Source: Parcubacteria group bacterium M6-OD1-3 (GTDB lineage Bacteria; Patescibacteriota; Minisyncoccia; Moranbacterales; UBA9337). From it: a stretch of 64,000 bases of DNA. The first letter of the stretch is position 1; every line of letters begins with the position of its first letter. Location: positions 6,408-70,407 of the forward strand of contig LSNR01000014.1 of the NCBI GenBank assembly GCA_003056165.1, in the 5' to 3' direction. The notes beneath the pieces were generated by a model that did not search any database, was not told the origin of the DNA, and worked only from the letters and a program-made list of their open reading frames with translations. Positions 58,787 to 64,000 of the stretch are shown one piece after another. A program made the translations under genes and the position numbers.

Positions 58787-60283
58787 ATGAAGTTTGCAAA
58801 ATTGTTTTTTTTAGGTAGTTTTTTTTTAATTTTGTTTTTTCAGATTGAAATTGCTCAAGCATATATTTCAAGAGATGAAGCGAAAGATCTTTTAGGAACA
58901 CAATTTATTGAAGCATCAGATCAGAATGTTGATGCATATAGACAAAGTATCAATGTTGGGATGAGTAATGAACAAGCTGTAGATAATGTAAACCAAGCAA
59001 GTGCGCTAAGAAATAGCGATGGTTTGCCAACTTCTGATACTGTTTCTACTAATGAAGGAAGCTGGGCTTATAATGGTGATACTTTACTTTTTACGCCAAA
59101 TCAAAGCTATAGTCCATCAGTAAATGAATCTAAAAGAAACTTTGATTACACACAGCGAAGAGCAAAAGGAATTGAGGAGGTTGTAGATGAAGATAAACTT
59201 GGTGGTGAAGATTATAATGATGCTTTTTATGACTTTAAAAGTGAATTAAATAGATCAAATCTTGCAAATACAAATGTAGGTAATTTAATGTTGCAGGAAT
59301 ATAGAGAGACAGCAGATCCAGATGAATTTATGGGTCATGCAAAAAATAAAGCAGAAGCAGATGCAATGAATAATGCAGTAGCTTATGGATTATTTGACAA
59401 GGTGGAACAAACTGCAAAAGAAAACGATATTGATCTTAATGATATTGTTGGATATAGTACGCATTTACAAATTCCGGGTGGTTATGATGTAAAAATACAA
59501 ACTAAAGATGGAGAAATATATCCGCCACCACTAAATGATAATGGAGATAGCTCTGATAACTCTGCAAGTGGTGATGACGGTGGTGCTTCAAACGGAGGAA
59601 ATCAATCAGATGGTAGTGGAAATGGCACTTCTGTTGTTACTGGAGATACTGGTGGTCTCGTCCCTTGCGGACATGGGTCAGATCCCGCCAATCGTTGTAC
59701 TCTTTGTGATTTATTTGTGGGAGTTCAGAGAATTATCCAGTGGGGAAAGAATATTTTAGTAGCAGTAGCTTTAACAGCTATGGTTGTTGGTGGAATAATG
59801 TATATTGTTTCTGCTGGAAATCAACAAATGATGGAGTCGGCAAAAAATGTTATTAAACAAGCGTTAGTCGGGGTAATAATTGTATTGGGAGCATGGTTGA
59901 TTATTAATACGGTGATGTGGTTAATAGTCGTTAAAAATGATATGGGTGTTGGAGCAGGTGGAAGTTGGTACAATTTTAGTTGTGGAGGGGGTGGGACAGT
60001 AAATACCGATGTTTTAAATAACAGTGTCAACAATGCTTTTGATAATATGTTAAATGGTTCTATAAATAATACAAATAATACTTCAAGCGGGCAAAACTCT
60101 GGTCTTCCTAGCTCAGTTTCTACATCAACATCACAACCTGCATCAACTCAAAACACGCCTCCATCAAATACAAACCCATCAAGCACACCTCCATCAACTC
60201 AAGATAGTTGTCCAGTTGGCCAGCATAGTGTTAATATAATTGATATACAAGGAAATTTGACACCAACTTGTGTTTCTGATTAA
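58787..60283 (+). CDS. Large secreted protein with VirB2/TrbC-like pilin domain
   Basis: Signal peptide, G/S/D linker, GGLVPCG..CTLCDL, GGIMYIVSAGN...AK, S/T/P-rich tail. Confidence 0.8.
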   Translation: MKFAKLFFLGSFFLILFFQIEIAQAYISRDEAKDLLGTQFIEASDQNVDAYRQSINVGMSNEQAVDNVNQASALRNSDGLPTSDTVSTNEGSWAYNGDTLLFTPNQSYSPSVNESKRNFDYTQRRAKGIEEVVDEDKLGGEDYNDAFYDFKSELNRSNLANTNVGNLMLQEYRETADPDEFMGHAKNKAEADAMNNAVAYGLFDKVEQTAKENDIDLNDIVGYSTHLQIPGGYDVKIQTKDGEIYPPPLNDNGDSSDNSASGDDGGASNGGNQSDGSGNGTSVVTGDTGGLVPCGHGSDPANRCTLCDLFVGVQRIIQWGKNILVAVALTAMVVGGIMYIVSAGNQQMMESAKNVIKQALVGVIIVLGAWLIINTVMWLIVVKNDMGVGAGGSWYNFSCGGGGTVNTDVLNNSVNNAFDNMLNGSINNTNNTSSGQNSGLPSSVSTSTSQPASTQNTPPSNTNPSSTPPSTQDSCPVGQHSVNIIDIQGNLTPTCVSD

Positions 60284-60332
60284 ATAAAGGCTGGATAAAC
60301 TTAATAGGTTCTTATTTTTTAACTTATATTAT

Positions 60333-60605
60333 ATGAAAGTAATAGAAACAGCTTATGCACAAACAATTGCCAATGCACCGACATTTGCTAGTATTTTTGG
60401 TTCAACATTAAATTTTTTGTTGCGAGCATTTACAATTATTGCTATAATTGGGTTAGTGGTTTCCGGAATGATTTATTTAACTGCGGGAGGAAATGAAGAA
60501 AGAATTTCTTTGGCGAAAAAAGCGTTTATGTATTCAATAGTTGGTATTTTGGTAGTTTTGGGAGCTAATATAATTATAAAACAAATTGGTAATTTATTAT
60601 TTTAA
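60333..60605 (+). CDS. VirB2/TrbC-like pilin
   Basis: Two TM helices around SGMIYLTAGGNEE...AKKA. Confidence 0.8.
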   Translation: MKVIETAYAQTIANAPTFASIFGSTLNFLLRAFTIIAIIGLVVSGMIYLTAGGNEERISLAKKAFMYSIVGILVVLGANIIIKQIGNLLF

Positions 60606-60635
60606 ATTGTGAATAAAAAGGAAGGAGGTGGAAAT

Positions 60636-60983
60636 ATGAAAATGAAAAAAATATTATATTCAGTATTGTCGATGGGGCTGATTGCTCCGGTTTCAATTTT
60701 TGCTTATAATCCACCAGCGAATACAACTCTTCCAGCGGGTTCGGTAACGGGAATTATTGGTAATATTATGACTTGGATGTTGGGATTGGTTGGTTTTCTG
60801 GGCGTTATTGGTTTTGCAATTTCTGGAATATTGTACCTTACTGCGGCTGGTGATGAAGATAGAATTACTACAGCAAAGAGAGCAATGACTTGGTCAATTG
60901 TCGGAGTGATTGTGGCGCTTCTTGGTGTAGTAATTATTAAAGCAGCTAACTCTATGCTTGGTGGACAAAATAGTGATTTTTAA
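60636..60983 (+). CDS. VirB2/TrbC-like pilin
   Basis: GGAGG RBS, signal peptide, SGILYLTAAGDED...AKRA. Confidence 0.85.
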   Translation: MKMKKILYSVLSMGLIAPVSIFAYNPPANTTLPAGSVTGIIGNIMTWMLGLVGFLGVIGFAISGILYLTAAGDEDRITTAKRAMTWSIVGVIVALLGVVIIKAANSMLGGQNSDF

Positions 60984-60992
60984 GTTTTATTC

Positions 60993-61034
60993 TGGAAAGG
61001 AGAATATCTTTTTAAGGATATTATCTCCTTTCCA
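60993..61034 (+). other. Strong intergenic stem-loop within the pilin array
   Basis: tggaaaggagaatatct...ggatattatctcctttcca; no U-tract. Confidence 0.6.
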
Positions 61035-61125
61035 ACCAAGTGTTATTAACTAATATAAACTTTAAAAACAAAAATATTTCGAAAAATTAACCTAATGAAA
61101 TAGTTTGTTGTATAAAATTAGAATA

Positions 61126-61488
61126 ATGAAAAATAAAAAATATTTGTACAGTTTTTTGGCAATTATTTTCTCAACATTGCCAACAGTTGCTTTAGCTCAA
61201 TGGAATATGTCTAATGTCGCTACTCAGTCTAATCTACCAACTGGTACAATTTATCAAATAATCACAAATATAATGTTGTGGTTATTAGGAATTGTTGGCG
61301 TGATTGGAGTAATTGGTTTTGTTATTGCTGGTATTCTATACTTAACGGCTGCTGGTGATGAAGGAAAAATGGAATTGGGCAAGAATGCAATGACTTGGTC
61401 AATCATTGGTGTAATTGTTGCATTAATGGGTTATGTAATTATTCAGGCCGTAAATAGTATGTTAGGTGGAACAAATACCATTTTTTAG
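61126..61488 (+). CDS. VirB2/TrbC-like pilin
   Basis: Signal peptide, AGILYLTAAGDEG...GKNAMTWS. Confidence 0.85.
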   Translation: MKNKKYLYSFLAIIFSTLPTVALAQWNMSNVATQSNLPTGTIYQIITNIMLWLLGIVGVIGVIGFVIAGILYLTAAGDEGKMELGKNAMTWSIIGVIVALMGYVIIQAVNSMLGGTNTIF

Positions 61489-61520
61489 GTTTGCTGTCTT
61501 GAATATAATAAATAAAAATT

Positions 61521-62162
61521 GTGAAAAAAATGCTTAATAAAAAAATAATTCTGGTAATTGTGATTAGTTTTGTTTTTACAATTGGTTTTAATTTTAATAC
61601 TTTGGCAGTTACTTGTCCGGATACTGTTAACTGGGATAATTCTACTGGAGTTTGTATTCCGATTAATACTGGACTTCCCCAAGGAGCAACAACTGACCCA
61701 ATAATTGCTGTAGCGGAAGCAGTAATGCTATGGTTATTGAGAATTGTTGGAATAATAGCGGTAATAGCTTTCGTTGTTTCTGGAATTCAATATTTAACTT
61801 CTGCTGGTAGCGAGAGTCAAATTGAAACTGCTAAACGAAATATGAAATGGTCAATTGTTGGTGTTATCGTAGCATTGATGGGATTAATAATTTTAAATTT
61901 TGTTGATGATATGCTAAATGGTAATCTTTCTGGAAGAGGAATAGGGAGTGGCGGAGGCGGGGGCGGGGGAAATTCTGTGACCACCCCTGGAACAAATCCG
62001 TCAGGGACATGGATAAATCCTGATACAGGTTTACCATACAATAATAATAATACTACATCTGCCAGTAGAGGAGAAAATATTGTTAATTCGGCGATTAATA
62101 ATAGTGCTACTACAGTGCCAAATTCACCAGTGAATAATACCGATTTACCAATAGTGAATTAA
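61521..62162 (+). CDS. VirB2/TrbC-like pilin with Cys loop and G/N/T-rich tail
   Basis: SGIQYLTSAGSESQIETAK. Confidence 0.82.
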   Translation: MKKMLNKKIILVIVISFVFTIGFNFNTLAVTCPDTVNWDNSTGVCIPINTGLPQGATTDPIIAVAEAVMLWLLRIVGIIAVIAFVVSGIQYLTSAGSESQIETAKRNMKWSIVGVIVALMGLIILNFVDDMLNGNLSGRGIGSGGGGGGGNSVTTPGTNPSGTWINPDTGLPYNNNNTTSASRGENIVNSAINNSATTVPNSPVNNTDLPIVN

Positions 62163-62190
62163 GAATTGTAAAAAATTTTTTTATAAAAAT

Positions 62191-62823
62191 ATGACAAAAA
62201 AATTTAAAATTATATTAATAGGAGGAATATTTAGTTTTTTAATGCTAATGAATTTTGTTCCGAATAATATTGTTTCAGCACAGTGTCCTTCTGGGGTTGG
62301 TGGTGGAGGTGATATATGTTTTAATAATCCATTGGGTTATAATACAGTGGATGCACTTTTACCAGCACTACTTAATAGACTACAAGGTGTAATTGTAGTA
62401 TTGGCGTTAGTATTTATTGTTATTGGAGCCTTGTTATACATAACTTCTGCTGGAAATGAGAGTAGGATGACTATGGCAAAAAGTGCTATTGTCGCATCGG
62501 TGATTGGTTTAGCAGTTGGAATTGCCGCACCGTCATTCTTGCGAGAAATATATGGTGCGTTAGGAGCTAATATTCCTGGTGAAGTGGCTCAATCTTTGAC
62601 AATTTCACAAATAGCTTTAAATGTCCTTAATTTTTTGCTGGGAATAGTTGGGACAATTTCAATTATTATGTTGGTGGTGGCGGGAATTATGTATTTAACT
62701 TCTGCTGGTAGCGAAAGTCAAATTGAAACTGCTAAAGCAATGACTAAATGGTCTATTGTAGGAATTATTATTGCTTTGGCGGCAATTATTATTGTTAGGC
62801 AAGTTGCTGGATTATTAACATAA
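62191..62823 (+). CDS. Tandem double VirB2/TrbC-like pilin
   Basis: YITSAGNES..MAK and YLTSAGSESQIETAK. Confidence 0.82.
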   Translation: MTKKFKIILIGGIFSFLMLMNFVPNNIVSAQCPSGVGGGGDICFNNPLGYNTVDALLPALLNRLQGVIVVLALVFIVIGALLYITSAGNESRMTMAKSAIVASVIGLAVGIAAPSFLREIYGALGANIPGEVAQSLTISQIALNVLNFLLGIVGTISIIMLVVAGIMYLTSAGSESQIETAKAMTKWSIVGIIIALAAIIIVRQVAGLLT

Positions 62824-62906
62824 TCTGACATTGTTATTTAATAAATTACTTAACATTCTAAAATTGAAATTCTTTTATACTTAGAAATTTTTTTAAAAAA
62901 GTATTT

Positions 62907-62944
62907 AAAAACAGGTGGCTTGACAAGGCAAGCACACCTGTTTT
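62907..62944. terminator. Bidirectional terminator
   Basis: aaaacaggtg-gcttg...caagc-a-cacctgtttt between convergent genes. Confidence 0.8.
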
Positions 62945-62946
62945 GT

Positions 62947-64000
62947 TTACTCATTCAATATCCTCCTTCTCTCAATTTTTATTGAGAGATTTTTGTTTTT
63001 GAGCTTAAAGCCAAGCTCCGGTGTATGATATTCGCCAAGCTCGCGATTAATGTTGAGCTCGGCAAATATCTTTTCTGCCGTTTTTACTCGGCAGAAAATG
63101 TTAGCGTTTTTTGTCGGAAAGACATTTGCCTTCCCTATTCGGAGCACAAGTGCTCCATAGGGTAGATTAAATGGTTTACGGACATTCTGTCCAGCGACAG
63201 AATTATCGCCTTGCCATCCGATTGTTTCCCAGGGGAGGTGCCAGAATAATTTCTGATACTCTCCGGAAAATGTTATCCGATATTCCCATCCTGGGAGGAG
63301 AATATACGGAATCCAAATTTCTCCGGTTCCCGCCTTCTCTCCATTTTCTCCTGGAACGAGATTCAGTGTTCGTTCTGAAAGCGGAACGGGGAATGTTTCA
63401 ACATCTCCCCATTTCCCGAATTTTTTCTCCACCGCCTTTTTCGGTTTGGGCGGAGGAGGGGACTCCTTCTCTCGCAGGAGTTCCACTCTGATTTCCGCCA
63501 AAGTTTTCTGAGAGCCGTTTTGAGAACTCTCCAAAAATCTGGCGTAATCTTTCGGACAAGGAGTGTTAGGATGTTCCAATACCCAAATTCTAACTTCCTC
63601 CAAATCGCTTTTGATTTGCGTCACTCTTTGTTGCTGACGCAACTTGGAGATGGCGTTGATTGAATCGGCAAGTTCATTCGGCAAAACTCTATTTAAAAGT
63701 CCGCTGAGATGAAGTTGGGTATCAATCTGCGGAAAGGTAGCGCTTAGCACAGTTGCAATTACGAAAAGCAACATTGTGATGCTGACTACTCGCAGAATTG
63801 TTCGCCCAAGTGTGCCGAATAAAATCCCAACGAGAATAAACAATGTTGGCCAAGCGATTGCCAGCCACCATTCTCGTTGGAGTGGTAGATGTGGAACAAG
63901 CAGACAAAAGCCAGCTATAAAAATGAAAAGCTGGACTGCTATGTCCCAATATAAAGCGATAAGTTTGTTGGCAGTTATTCCTTCTTCAGTCGGAATAACG
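62947..64000 (-). CDS. Multi-TM hypothetical protein with C-terminal beta domain (5' truncated by window)
   Basis: Frame stays open upstream of 63843 (VIPTEEGITANKLIALYWDIAVQLF...); visibly more GC-rich than the host genes. Confidence 0.7.
   Translation of the reverse strand, partial: VIPTEEGITANKLIALYWDIAVQLFIFIAGFCLLVPHLPLQREWWLAIAWPTLFILVGILFGTLGRTILRVVSITMLLFVIATVLSATFPQIDTQLHLSGLLNRVLPNELADSINAISKLRQQQRVTQIKSDLEEVRIWVLEHPNTPCPKDYARFLESSQNGSQKTLAEIRVELLREKESPPPPKPKKAVEKKFGKWGDVETFPVPLSERTLNLVPGENGEKAGTGEIWIPYILLPGWEYRITFSGEYQKLFWHLPWETIGWQGDNSVAGQNVRKPFNLPYGALVLRIGKANVFPTKNANIFCRVKTAEKIFAELNINRELGEYHTPELGFKLKNKNLSIKIERRRILNE

Noticed and set aside
61791-62736. Diversity-generating retroelement TR/VR pair
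   Set aside because: Only 45 bp with a single mismatch, both copies in conserved coding cores, and no reverse transcriptase in the window
1-64000. CRISPR array or cas genes
   Set aside because: No regularly spaced repeats with unique spacers and no cas-like ORFs seen
1-64000. UGA recoding (code 25, Gracilibacteria/Absconditabacteria)
   Set aside because: Conserved genes are full-length in code 11; TGA ends mreD and rnhB

Overview
AT-rich bacterial chromosomal segment read in standard code 11. Gene content points to a Patescibacteria/CPR (Parcubacteria-like) genome by inference: short HrcA, a hinge-less short SMC, an array of VirB2/TrbC-like pilins behind a solute-binding lipoprotein, and mostly Shine-Dalgarno-less housekeeping genes. 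In order, it holds: the end of a surface-glycan locus (cysC, sulfotransferase, glycosyltransferases, secreted repeat proteins); an orphan sigma-54-type activator; rpmE/rpsB/tsf; a tRNA-Thr/Tyr/Thr-rpmG-tRNA-Trp cluster; a frameshifted IS481; YkgJ, VanX-like and ddl genes; obgE, prmC, khpA; CIRCE-hrcA-(NUDIX-grpE fusion)-dnaK followed by an accessory patch; mreBCD-mrdA, a polyprenyl synthase, dxs, rnhB, rpmF, nusB, rnc, smc, rplS; a second five-tRNA cluster; secG, a peptide-binding protein, pgi/pmi, rnj; and five orphan genes followed by six pilin genes. The best leads are (i) small hairpin elements at tRNA 5' ends, in D-loops of duplicated tRNA 5' fragments and in-frame in dnaK, (ii) a candidate effector cassette plus recombining pilin array, (iii) a micro-operon with a 15-nt perfect complement to the canonical 16S 3' end, (iv) a candidate multi-hairpin ncRNA between tRNAs, and (v) the NUDIX-GrpE fusion. 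All calls come from motif reading only; no database searches were run.
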